The position numbers and the translations under genes were made by a program. This document shows, one piece after another, positions 50,649 to 58,672 of a stretch of DNA of 64,000 bases. The notes beneath the pieces are model-generated. The model had not been told where the DNA came from, made no database searches, and saw nothing but the letters and a program-made list of their open reading frames with translations. This DNA comes from Candidatus Methanogaster sp. (GTDB lineage Archaea; Halobacteriota; Methanosarcinia; Methanosarcinales; Methanogasteraceae): contig QBUV01000091.1 in NCBI GenBank assembly GCA_013572355.1, forward strand, positions 950 to 64,949. The letters run 5' to 3'. How positions within the stretch are numbered: the first letter of the stretch is position 1; each line of letters begins with the position of its first letter.

Positions 50649-52139
50649 ATGTCCCACTTCGAGATTACACACAAGGACTCAGCAGGCAGGATCGGGCGAT
50701 TGCATACCAAGCACGGGAGAATCGAGACCCCGGCAGTCATGCCTGTGGTAAACCCGAACATACGGATGATACCCGCGTCCGAACTCACAAAATTCGGGGC
50801 AGAGATCGTGATCACCAACGCGTACATCATCTACCAGAACCCTCTACTGAAAGAACATGCGCTGGACCGGGGTGTGCATTCCCTGCTCGATTTCGATGGT
50901 GCGATCATGACCGATTCGGGATCGTACCAGTTGTCAGTGTACCACGACATCGATATCTCTTCAGAGGAGATCGTCCGCTTCCAGCAGATGATCGGCTCTG
51001 ACATCGGTGTGCCGCTTGACATCCCGACGCCGCCTGATGTGTCACACGATCGCGCCGGGTCGGAGATGAAGACGACGCTTGAGCGGTGCGAGGCGGCACA
51101 CCGGCTTATGGGATCAGACGGGCTGGATGGCTCTATGCTCCTCGCAGGCCCCGTGCAGGGATCAACCCATCCCGATCTGCGGTACGAATGTGCACGCTCG
51201 CTCTCTGAGACGGGCTTTGACGTCTACCCGATAGGTGCGGTTGTGCCGCTGCTTGTGAACTACCGGTTCGCTGATATGGTGGATGTGATCGTGGCATCGA
51301 AGAAGGGGCTCTCTCCGGCGGCACCTGTCCATCTCTTTGGCGCAGGGCATCCTGCGATGTTTGCGCTTGCTGTCGCGCTTGGATGCGATCTCTTCGATTC
51401 GGCAGCGTATGCGCTCTATGCGAGGGACGGGCGGTATCTCACCGCTGACGGGACGTATCATCTGGCTGATCTTAAGTATCTCCCATGTTCCTGCCCTGTA
51501 TGCGTATCGCATACCGCAGATGAGTTGAGAGCTGAATTTGCAAGCGGAAATCACATTTCTCTTGCAGAACACAACCTGTATGCGACGTTTGAGGAGATCC
51601 GTCTCATAAAACAGTGCATCATCGAGGGCAACCTCTGGGAACTCGTCGAGCGCAGGTGCAGGGCGCATCCGAGACTGCTCGACGGGCTCAAGCGTGCCAT
51701 CTGTCATACGGACTGGATCGAGAGGTTCGATCCGATCCAGAAGTCGACGTTCTTCTACTGCGGGAGCGAATCCGCATCCCGGGCAGAGGTGCGCAGGTTT
51801 GGTGAGCGGCTCGACCGGTTCGATCTGGACGGAACCGTGCTTATTCGCACACGGAAAGTTGGGGGAGGGGCGGATCGGTTCGATCACGTGCTCAATCTGA
51901 AAGCGCCGTTTGGCGCGTATCCTGTGGAACTTGTCGAGACGTATCCGTTCAATGCAGAGGTGCCTGAGTTGTCAGAACCGGATTACGAGGCGGCTTCGGT
52001 TGCGCTCGGAAATGTGCTTCGCCTGATCAGACTCAATCCCAATGCAAGGTTTACGGTCGTCTGCGAATGGAAGCATCCGCTCCTTGCGGAGATCGGGGCT
52101 TGTCCGAACGTCGGGGAGATTTTATCCGGCAATGAATGA
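50649..52139 (+). CDS. tgtA: tRNA-guanine(15) transglycosylase (ArcTGT), lacking C-terminal PUA
   Basis: ETPAVMPV, ITNAYI, TDSGSYQL, HLFGAGHP, FDSAAY, CSCPVC. Confidence 0.95.
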   Translation: MSHFEITHKDSAGRIGRLHTKHGRIETPAVMPVVNPNIRMIPASELTKFGAEIVITNAYIIYQNPLLKEHALDRGVHSLLDFDGAIMTDSGSYQLSVYHDIDISSEEIVRFQQMIGSDIGVPLDIPTPPDVSHDRAGSEMKTTLERCEAAHRLMGSDGLDGSMLLAGPVQGSTHPDLRYECARSLSETGFDVYPIGAVVPLLVNYRFADMVDVIVASKKGLSPAAPVHLFGAGHPAMFALAVALGCDLFDSAAYALYARDGRYLTADGTYHLADLKYLPCSCPVCVSHTADELRAEFASGNHISLAEHNLYATFEEIRLIKQCIIEGNLWELVERRCRAHPRLLDGLKRAICHTDWIERFDPIQKSTFFYCGSESASRAEVRRFGERLDRFDLDGTVLIRTRKVGGGADRFDHVLNLKAPFGAYPVELVETYPFNAEVPELSEPDYEAASVALGNVLRLIRLNPNARFTVVCEWKHPLLAEIGACPNVGEILSGNE

Positions 52140-52254
52140 TTGCGGGGCATGGGGCATCACCTAAAATCAGCCCCGCCAAGGGTAACTTCACAATCATGGC
52201 CCCCGGTTTGACCCCAATATTTATGATCGATGAGAAGTTTTATACTATGTAAGT

Positions 52255-52788
52255 GTGGGGTTGATGTGTATGAATGAAACCGAGTGCACAAATTCCAGAG
52301 GGCTATCATGCCATGCACTGGTCGCAGCCGTGGCGAAGGTATCGTATCAGCGGTTCCGAGACGCGCGCGTGCTCTTTGACCCGATCATCAGGGAGGCGAC
52401 CCTGATCTGGATGCAGGAGCTGGGCATGGATATGTCGCGCAGGTTTGACCGGCCAGAGGATGCGATCCACCATTTCACCGAGTTCACTCCGGATGTGCAC
52501 GACTTCAGCATAACCACGGCACCGGGTGGCGCTGTCAGGCTTGAGATCGGCAGCACCTGTCCATTTCGGGATGCGTGCCAGATCGTGGATAAAAAAATCG
52601 GGATGATTAAGGGATGTGCCGAGGCGATCGTACTGCTACAGGTGATCGAATGCGTATGCCCGCAGCGCGAGTCCCTCACTTATGACTTCCAGCCGGCACA
52701 TCGGCGGGATCAGGCATGTATAATCCATATAGGCACGGTCGAGCAGATCGTACTGAACCAGGAAAGCCAGGGACTGTATACGGACTGA
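52255..52788 (+). CDS. Hypothetical Cys-containing protein (V4R-like fold possible)
   Basis: CPFRDAC...GC...C pattern; AT-rich promoter upstream; overlaps the sppA 3' end. Confidence 0.55.
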   Translation: MGLMCMNETECTNSRGLSCHALVAAVAKVSYQRFRDARVLFDPIIREATLIWMQELGMDMSRRFDRPEDAIHHFTEFTPDVHDFSITTAPGGAVRLEIGSTCPFRDACQIVDKKIGMIKGCAEAIVLLQVIECVCPQRESLTYDFQPAHRRDQACIIHIGTVEQIVLNQESQGLYTD

Positions 52789-53902
52789 TATCTTCCATAC
52801 TTTCTTCGCCTCCGAATAACAACTGGGAGAGCGATGGTTTGTTCATATACGTGATCGTGGGCTCTCCCGTGATATTTCCGAGTTCTGCTGCTATATCGAT
52901 GGCATCATACATATTACCGGTCTCATCCACCAGACCGAGATCCATAGCCGCCGTACCGGTATATATCCGCCCATCTGACAGGTTCAACACCTCTTCCCGG
53001 GTCATGTTCCTGCCGGCAGCGACATCGTCCACAAACATTGAGAAGACCTCCATCACGACTTCATCGGCATACGCCTGCTCGTCCACAGTCAGGTTTCTCC
53101 AGTCAGCGCCCATGTCCTTAAATTCCCCGGATTTTGCAACCCAGTGCTCAATCCCTTCCTCGTCGTAGTATCCGCTCTTGTTCTCAAAGACCCATATCAC
53201 GCCGATGCTACCTGTGATGGTGCCTGGATTCGCAACGATCCGGTCGGCAGACGCTGAGATATGGTATGCAGCGCTTGCAGCGACATCACCCATCGAGATC
53301 ACCACCGGCTTCGCCTCCTTCGCCTTCTCAATCTCCCTTTTGATCTCCTGCGATGCTGCTACCGAGCCGCCCGGGCTATTTACCCGCAGAACGATCGCTT
53401 TTACATTATCATCATCTGCTGCAAGTCTCAAGTGCTTGCAGACATTTTCTGATGTTGAAACCCCGAATCCATCAGGTATTCCGCCTGTAATCATCATTCC
53501 CTGCACATAGATCACTGCAACCTGATCTTTGTCAGTATAGACGCCGTGCAGATCAACGCCACCAAAGATCACTGCAAGACTCACTCCAATGATCAGGATC
53601 AGCGAAAGCACGATTGCAATGTAAACGAGGAATCCTCTCGATGAACCTCCTTTTGGTGGTGGAGTGGGCGAGACCGGCGAGATGGGGGTCTGCGGAGGCG
53701 GCGAGTGTGGAGGGGGTGTCTGGGGCGTTGGGGATAGCGGCGCGGGAATGGGTCGGGGGGGCATATTGGTGTCGAGGTGTCTATCATCGATCCGACTCTC
53801 TCGATCCGCCCTATCATCGATCGACGCTCCAATCTTCCCGGTTTTATCATCCATGTCCGATTTCTCTGTTTTCGCGCTACCTGTATGCTCCTGCCCTGTC
53901 AT
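52676..53902 (-). CDS. sppA: Signal peptide peptidase SppA (S49) with Pro-rich N-terminus
   Basis: LRVNSPGGS, AASAAY, TGSIGV, SGEFKD, DGRIYTG; start uncertain. Confidence 0.93.
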   Translation of the reverse strand: MTGQEHTGSAKTEKSDMDDKTGKIGASIDDRADRESRIDDRHLDTNMPPRPIPAPLSPTPQTPPPHSPPPQTPISPVSPTPPPKGGSSRGFLVYIAIVLSLILIIGVSLAVIFGGVDLHGVYTDKDQVAVIYVQGMMITGGIPDGFGVSTSENVCKHLRLAADDDNVKAIVLRVNSPGGSVAASQEIKREIEKAKEAKPVVISMGDVAASAAYHISASADRIVANPGTITGSIGVIWVFENKSGYYDEEGIEHWVAKSGEFKDMGADWRNLTVDEQAYADEVVMEVFSMFVDDVAAGRNMTREEVLNLSDGRIYTGTAAMDLGLVDETGNMYDAIDIAAELGNITGEPTITYMNKPSLSQLLFGGEESMEDISPYTVPGFPGSVRSARPCLYGLYMPDPADVPAGSHK

Positions 53903-54077
53903 CGTTGATCTATTGGTTGTGTGGTATTAAAAGCGTTCTGAAAAGTAAAAAGAACCTGTACCATAATATCCACCAAGATCAGGATAGTACCGAAAAGTAC
54001 GGTCGTACCACACACTTCCGCATCCGACATACCACCTTAATATAACACCGTACAATCTATAAGTTACAGCCACACGA

Positions 54078-54150
54078 AGCCCCGTAGGGTAGCGGTCAAG
54101 CCTGCAGGTCCTTGGAACCTGCGACGGCGGTTCAAATCCGCCCGGGGCTA
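54078..54150 (+). tRNA. tRNA-Gln(TTG) with C33
   Basis: A1-T72 acceptor AGCCCCG/CGGGGCT; CAGGT-CC-TTG-GA-ACCTG anticodon arm. Confidence 0.88.
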
Positions 54151-54187
54151 TCCACAGGAGAGTGCCACATTGCGTGGTGTCGAATCA

Positions 54188-54271
54188 ATCACGAATGGGC
54201 ACGAATAAACGAATGTCACGAATCGACACTGATAAATTCGTGTTATTCGTCCAAACGTGTGCATTCGTGAT
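54188..54271. repeat. Periodic palindrome E (ACGAAT / ATTCGT units)
   Basis: 4x ACGAAT then 3x ATTCGT; ends ATCACGAATG / CATTCGTGAT. Confidence 0.85.
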
Positions 54272-54382
54272 AAAAACGGTCATGTAAAATATTTAAAACC
54301 GTAGTAACACCAGATGACGTGACACCTCATCCAAGCGATATGATTATATGATTGTACTGTATAATATCGCGGAGTGACTGAT

Positions 54383-55333
54383 ATGCTATCTGTGAACGAG
54401 ACTGCACTGGACATCGTGGAGGAGATGATCGACTTAAGCGAGGAGTTTAAGATCAAAGCGCATACGCTTGACAATGGCGCTACGATCATCGATTGTGGTG
54501 TCGAGGTAGCAGGGAGTTATGAAGCCGGGCTTGCATTTACTGATGCGTGCATGGGCGGGCTTGGGACTGCAACACTTCGTGTGCGAAGCGTCGGTAACGT
54601 GCCGCTTGCATTCGTTGATGTCGTTACTGATCATCCCTGCATCGCATCTCTCGGCGCACAGACCGCAGGCTGGCAGATCTGTGTCGGGAAGTATGTTGCG
54701 ATGGGTTCGGGACCTGCGCGTGCGCTTTCGCAGACGCCGGCAGCACTCTTTGAGAGGATCGCATATCATGACGATGCCGACTGCGCGGTCATCGTGCTCG
54801 AATCGAACAAACTGCCAGACGATGAGGTTATGCAGTTCATCGCTGATAGCTGCGGGGTTGCTACCTCGGATGTCTTTGCACTGGTTGCGCCGACAGCGTG
54901 CATCGTTGGGTCGGTGCAGGTATCAGGGCGCGTGATCGAGACTGCGATCCGCAGGCTGGATGATCTCGGATTTGATACGAGAAAGATAGAGCGTGCAGTA
55001 GGAACCGCGCCGATCGCTCCGGTGATGCTTGACGAGATGCGTGCGATAGGCGCGACAAACGACAGCATAATCTACTACGGATCGGTGGTGCTTGCCACCA
55101 GGGGATTTGAGGAGGAGATCTTCAAACAGGTGCCTGCCAGGACCTCGCAGGACTATGGCAAGCCGTTTTACAAGACATTTGAGTGCGCAGGATACGACTT
55201 TTCCAGGATCGAGATGGACATATTTGCGCCAGCCGAGATCACGGTCAACGATCTCGATACCGGAAAGACATACCACACCGGGTATCCGAGCGAGGAAGTA
55301 ATACTCGAATCGTACGAAATTAGCGGAATTTAA
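54383..55333 (+). CDS. mch: Methenyl-H4MPT cyclohydrolase
   Basis: MLSVNE, CMGGLG, AMGSGPARAL, GSVQVSGRVIE, TNDSIIYYG, DYGKPF, FAPA. Confidence 0.9.
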   Translation: MLSVNETALDIVEEMIDLSEEFKIKAHTLDNGATIIDCGVEVAGSYEAGLAFTDACMGGLGTATLRVRSVGNVPLAFVDVVTDHPCIASLGAQTAGWQICVGKYVAMGSGPARALSQTPAALFERIAYHDDADCAVIVLESNKLPDDEVMQFIADSCGVATSDVFALVAPTACIVGSVQVSGRVIETAIRRLDDLGFDTRKIERAVGTAPIAPVMLDEMRAIGATNDSIIYYGSVVLATRGFEEEIFKQVPARTSQDYGKPFYKTFECAGYDFSRIEMDIFAPAEITVNDLDTGKTYHTGYPSEEVILESYEISGI

Positions 55334-55349
55334 TTAAAGAGGAGTTATC

Positions 55350-55571
55350 TTGTTTCCAACAAAGAAAGTTCAGAGCATGATCGGGTCCAGAGTACAGGTT
55401 GAGATGAAAGGCGATGTGCACCTTCTCGAGGGCGAACTCGAGAGCGTGGACGACTACCTGAATCTGCATCTGCTGGATACTGTGGAGATTGCTGACGGAG
55501 AGCGGATTCGTTCTCTCGGATCGGTCGTCCTTCGTGGCAATAACATCATTCTAATCGTCCCGGTCGAATAA
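55350..55571 (+). CDS. Sm/LSm-domain RNA-binding protein
   Basis: GELESVDDYLNLHL...LRGNNI. Confidence 0.93.
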   Translation: MFPTKKVQSMIGSRVQVEMKGDVHLLEGELESVDDYLNLHLLDTVEIADGERIRSLGSVVLRGNNIILIVPVE

Positions 55572-55587
55572 AAACGGAGATCGTTTG

Positions 55588-55920
55588 ATGGAAGAGATCG
55601 AAGAGCGCGCACTTGGATTGATACGTCGCGGCAAAGACGGAATATTGCAGAACCAGCTGCGGCTGGAACTCGGGGTTGACGGCAGAAGATGTGCGCGCAT
55701 CGTCCGCACACTACTGGACGCAAAAGTGGCAAGACGCGAACTGGTGACGACAGGTAGCGTCCGGACATACCTGCTAAGGTTCACAGGCGGAGTCAGGAAA
55801 TATGAACTGCTGATAGCAGGGGGGAAGTTTGATCCGTGCGTCGGATGTATCGATGAATGCGATCCTGTCAGATGCGCCCGGCTGAACAAGTGGATCAGGG
55901 AACTGGGCGTGAGTTTGTGA
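55588..55920 (+). CDS. Winged-helix plus Fe-S protein, TFE-beta / RPC34 homologue
   Basis: GILQ winged helix followed by PCVGCIDECDPVRCARLNKW. Confidence 0.75.
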   Translation: MEEIEERALGLIRRGKDGILQNQLRLELGVDGRRCARIVRTLLDAKVARRELVTTGSVRTYLLRFTGGVRKYELLIAGGKFDPCVGCIDECDPVRCARLNKWIRELGVSL

Positions 55921-56132
55921 GTGAGATTCCGATCCAGCTATACAGCACCATAGCAGTACTTGTGCTGTTATTTGGGTTCTGGGCTGTTATGCTGATGGAC
56001 TGCTTGAAACGTCATGAACTTGAATTCCACTCCGAGATGCCGAATCCAAAGCGTATGTGGACGATACTGCTCATCGTCGGGATTCCATGGTGCGCTATCA
56101 TATACTTTGCCACCGTGAAGCGGAAGGATTGA
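55917..56132 (+). CDS. Small membrane protein (PLDc N-terminal-like)
   Basis: FWAVMLMDCLKR...KRMWTILL...AIIYF. Confidence 0.7.
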   Translation: MSEIPIQLYSTIAVLVLLFGFWAVMLMDCLKRHELEFHSEMPNPKRMWTILLIVGIPWCAIIYFATVKRKD

Positions 56133-56220
56133 AGGGGCGGAGTTTTTGGTAGAGGAATAGGTATGTGAAGTGGGTTTGAATCTACTTACGGTATGTAAAT
56201 CGCGATTTTAAACTACTGTT

Positions 56221-57375
56221 TCAACCATGTCTGCCTACCCCGGTCACCGCATCGATAGCCCGCATCAGCATCCGGTTCTCTTCCCTCGTCCGGACAGCCA
56301 CCCTGACATACCGCCGGTCCAGACCCTGAAACGTTGCACAGTCCCTGACCAGTATCCCGTTGCCCGCCATTCTCCTTACCATCTCCTGCGAATCCATGCC
56401 TGTACTGCTGATATCGACGAGAATGAAGTTGGCAGTGCTTTCATGAGGGGAGAACCCGCGACTCGTGAACGCTTCCATGAGATACCGCCGCTCCTTTTGT
56501 ATCAAGGCAATCGAACGCTTGAGATAGTCCCCTTTTATGCATGCACCCATCATCTCCCTCCCGATCGCCTCGGCAGGCGCACCGACATTCCAGACGAGCC
56601 GTGCATGGTTGAGCAGTTCGGCAACCCCTGTTGATGCGATCCCGAAGCCAAGTCTCAGTCCCGGCACCGCAAACACCTTCGTAAGCGATCTCGACACGAC
56701 TACGAAATCCGAGTCAAAGACGGCATGAGCAACCGATTGGGCGGGATCTGAGAGTTCTATGAACGCCTCGTCCACAAAGAGGAACGTTTCGTTATCAGAG
56801 CAGCGGTCTGAAAGTCGCCTCACATCGCCCCCTGCGATCAGGTCTCCTGTCGGATTGTTTGGATTGCACAGGAATATAGCGCTCGCATCCGAGATCTGGT
56901 CGGATGAAAGTTCGAGAATCTCTGGATAATCGTGGTACTGCACGTCTGCACCGAAGAGCCGGCACTGGAACGCGTATTCATCGAATGTGGGTGCAGGGAT
57001 GATCACGCGATCACCGCGCTCGATCACCGTCTCTGCAAAGAGCCGGATGAGTTCTGACGAGCCGTTTGCAGGCACGATGTTCTCTGCCGTGATCCGGGTA
57101 GTGCCGTTTGTCCCTGAACACGCCTCAACAAAATCAGCGGATACGGCTCTCAATTTGGGATAGTTGTTGTCAGGATAATGAAAAATTCCCTCGATCTCCC
57201 GGATCGCGACCGGGATATCTGGCATACCCATCGGATTCAGATTTGCGCTGAAATCGATCATCGGCGGGTATGTATCCGTATACTCTGCTATCCTGCCGCC
57301 ATGTGTGCATGGAGCGCAGCCCTGCACCTCCTGCCGTACAAATCGCGTGATATCCTGCCGCATCGTAGGCATCAT
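56221..57375 (-). CDS. Threonine-phosphate decarboxylase (CobD) / HisC-family PLP enzyme
   Basis: HGG, DFSANLNP, NGSSELI, CNPNNPTG, DEAF, SLTKVFAVPGLRLG. Confidence 0.85.
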   Translation of the reverse strand: MMPTMRQDITRFVRQEVQGCAPCTHGGRIAEYTDTYPPMIDFSANLNPMGMPDIPVAIREIEGIFHYPDNNYPKLRAVSADFVEACSGTNGTTRITAENIVPANGSSELIRLFAETVIERGDRVIIPAPTFDEYAFQCRLFGADVQYHDYPEILELSSDQISDASAIFLCNPNNPTGDLIAGGDVRRLSDRCSDNETFLFVDEAFIELSDPAQSVAHAVFDSDFVVVSRSLTKVFAVPGLRLGFGIASTGVAELLNHARLVWNVGAPAEAIGREMMGACIKGDYLKRSIALIQKERRYLMEAFTSRGFSPHESTANFILVDISSTGMDSQEMVRRMAGNGILVRDCATFQGLDRRYVRVAVRTREENRMLMRAIDAVTGVGRHG

Positions 57376-57378
57376 GGA

Positions 57379-57825
57379 TCACTGGAGGTACTCATCAAGG
57401 CTGCTCACGCCCTCGAGTTCGCTGGACTCGACCGCAACCTGATCAAAGAGACTCCTGCGCACATGGATCGGCGAGTCCGTCCGCACCGCGATCGCTATGC
57501 AGTCACTTGGTCTGGCGTCGATCTCCTTATGAGAGTCCTCTGCATCGATGACCAGCCGCGCATAGAATGTACCCTCGTCCAGATCATCGATCAGGATGCG
57601 TTCCACCTTGCCGCCGAGTTCACTTATCAGCGAGACTATGAGATCATGGGTCAGGGGTCTCGGCGACCGTTCTTTTCGCAGCGCAAGGTGTATCGACATC
57701 GCCTCTGCATGACCGACAAAGATCGGCATTATGCTGTCGCCGTTGGCAAGCAGTACCACTGGCGACATCTGCTTCGGGCTGCCAACCATGTATACGCCCT
57801 TGATTGTAGCGGCGACGGTATCCAT
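57379..57825 (-). CDS. Bifunctional nuclease (DUF151) family
   Basis: RPLTHDL, DARPSDCIAIA. Confidence 0.92.
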   Translation of the reverse strand: MDTVAATIKGVYMVGSPKQMSPVVLLANGDSIMPIFVGHAEAMSIHLALRKERSPRPLTHDLIVSLISELGGKVERILIDDLDEGTFYARLVIDAEDSHKEIDARPSDCIAIAVRTDSPIHVRRSLFDQVAVESSELEGVSSLDEYLQ

Positions 57826-57889
57826 TATCTCACCAGATTAATCGTAATACCCGGTTGCATACAGGGGTTGCATGATGTGGGAAAGCGGA

Positions 57890-58474
57890 TTAACCCCGCT
57901 TTCCAAGATGCGCACCGACGCTCGGTCTTGTCTTCTCTGTGCCCTTGCCGCGCCCTCGCTGTCCCTTCGACTTCCGCCCGGCACTGGTCAAGCCCCGCTC
58001 TGCCCTGCCTCGAACATTGCAGATCCAGTTGAGGCGCGAATCGCTTTTGATCACAGGATGGTGCGGATCGACCAGTATGACCTCGTACCATATATGTTTT
58101 CCATCATCGCCAACCCAGTACGAGTTCAGAACTTCCATATTGATGTATTTTCTGCTTGTGCGCTCCTCTGCGATCAACTGTATACTCTTTTTCGCAGTTA
58201 TCTTGCGCATCCCCATCCGTTTCGTCCTTCGTCCACGTATGTATCTCGATTTGCGCCTTCCGCCACGCCGCACCCTTGCACGCACCACAATGATACCTTC
58301 CTTCGCCTTGTATCCAAGCGAGCGTGCGCGATCGATGCGCGTCGGTCGTTCGACCCGGGTAAAGCTATTATCCCTGCGCCATTCCTGCAGACGCTGCTGC
58401 CTGAGCTCGCGTACGTACGTCTGGTCCGGATTCTTCCATGCGTCTCTTATATATCCGTAAAACGATTTTGCCAT
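57890..58474 (-). CDS. rpl15e: 50S ribosomal protein eL15
   Basis: [32 protein letters not shown]. Confidence 0.98.
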   Translation of the reverse strand: MAKSFYGYIRDAWKNPDQTYVRELRQQRLQEWRRDNSFTRVERPTRIDRARSLGYKAKEGIIVVRARVRRGGRRKSRYIRGRRTKRMGMRKITAKKSIQLIAEERTSRKYINMEVLNSYWVGDDGKHIWYEVILVDPHHPVIKSDSRLNWICNVRGRAERGLTSAGRKSKGQRGRGKGTEKTRPSVGAHLGKRG

Positions 58475-58490
58475 TATTATTTCACCTTTT

Positions 58491-58525
58491 CTGGTTCAAC
58501 TGCTCTTTTCACAGTCACATTCCAG
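58491..58525 (-). promoter_or_regulatory. Structured rpl15e leader (kink-turn-like)
   Basis: CTGG-AATGTGA-CTG-loop-CAG-TTGAA-CCAG just upstream of the GGTGA RBS. Confidence 0.55.
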
Positions 58526-58672
58526 CAATTCGGAGTTTAGTCTTATGGCGTGGTCGTTATTAAATGTTGTCTGTAACTTCCATCCTTGGGTCACTGGATC
58601 GTGACGTCGGTTTTGAGCGGATCTTTGAAAGATGGGGAAAAGATTGCAAGCGGCATAAGCCATGGCAGCCCC

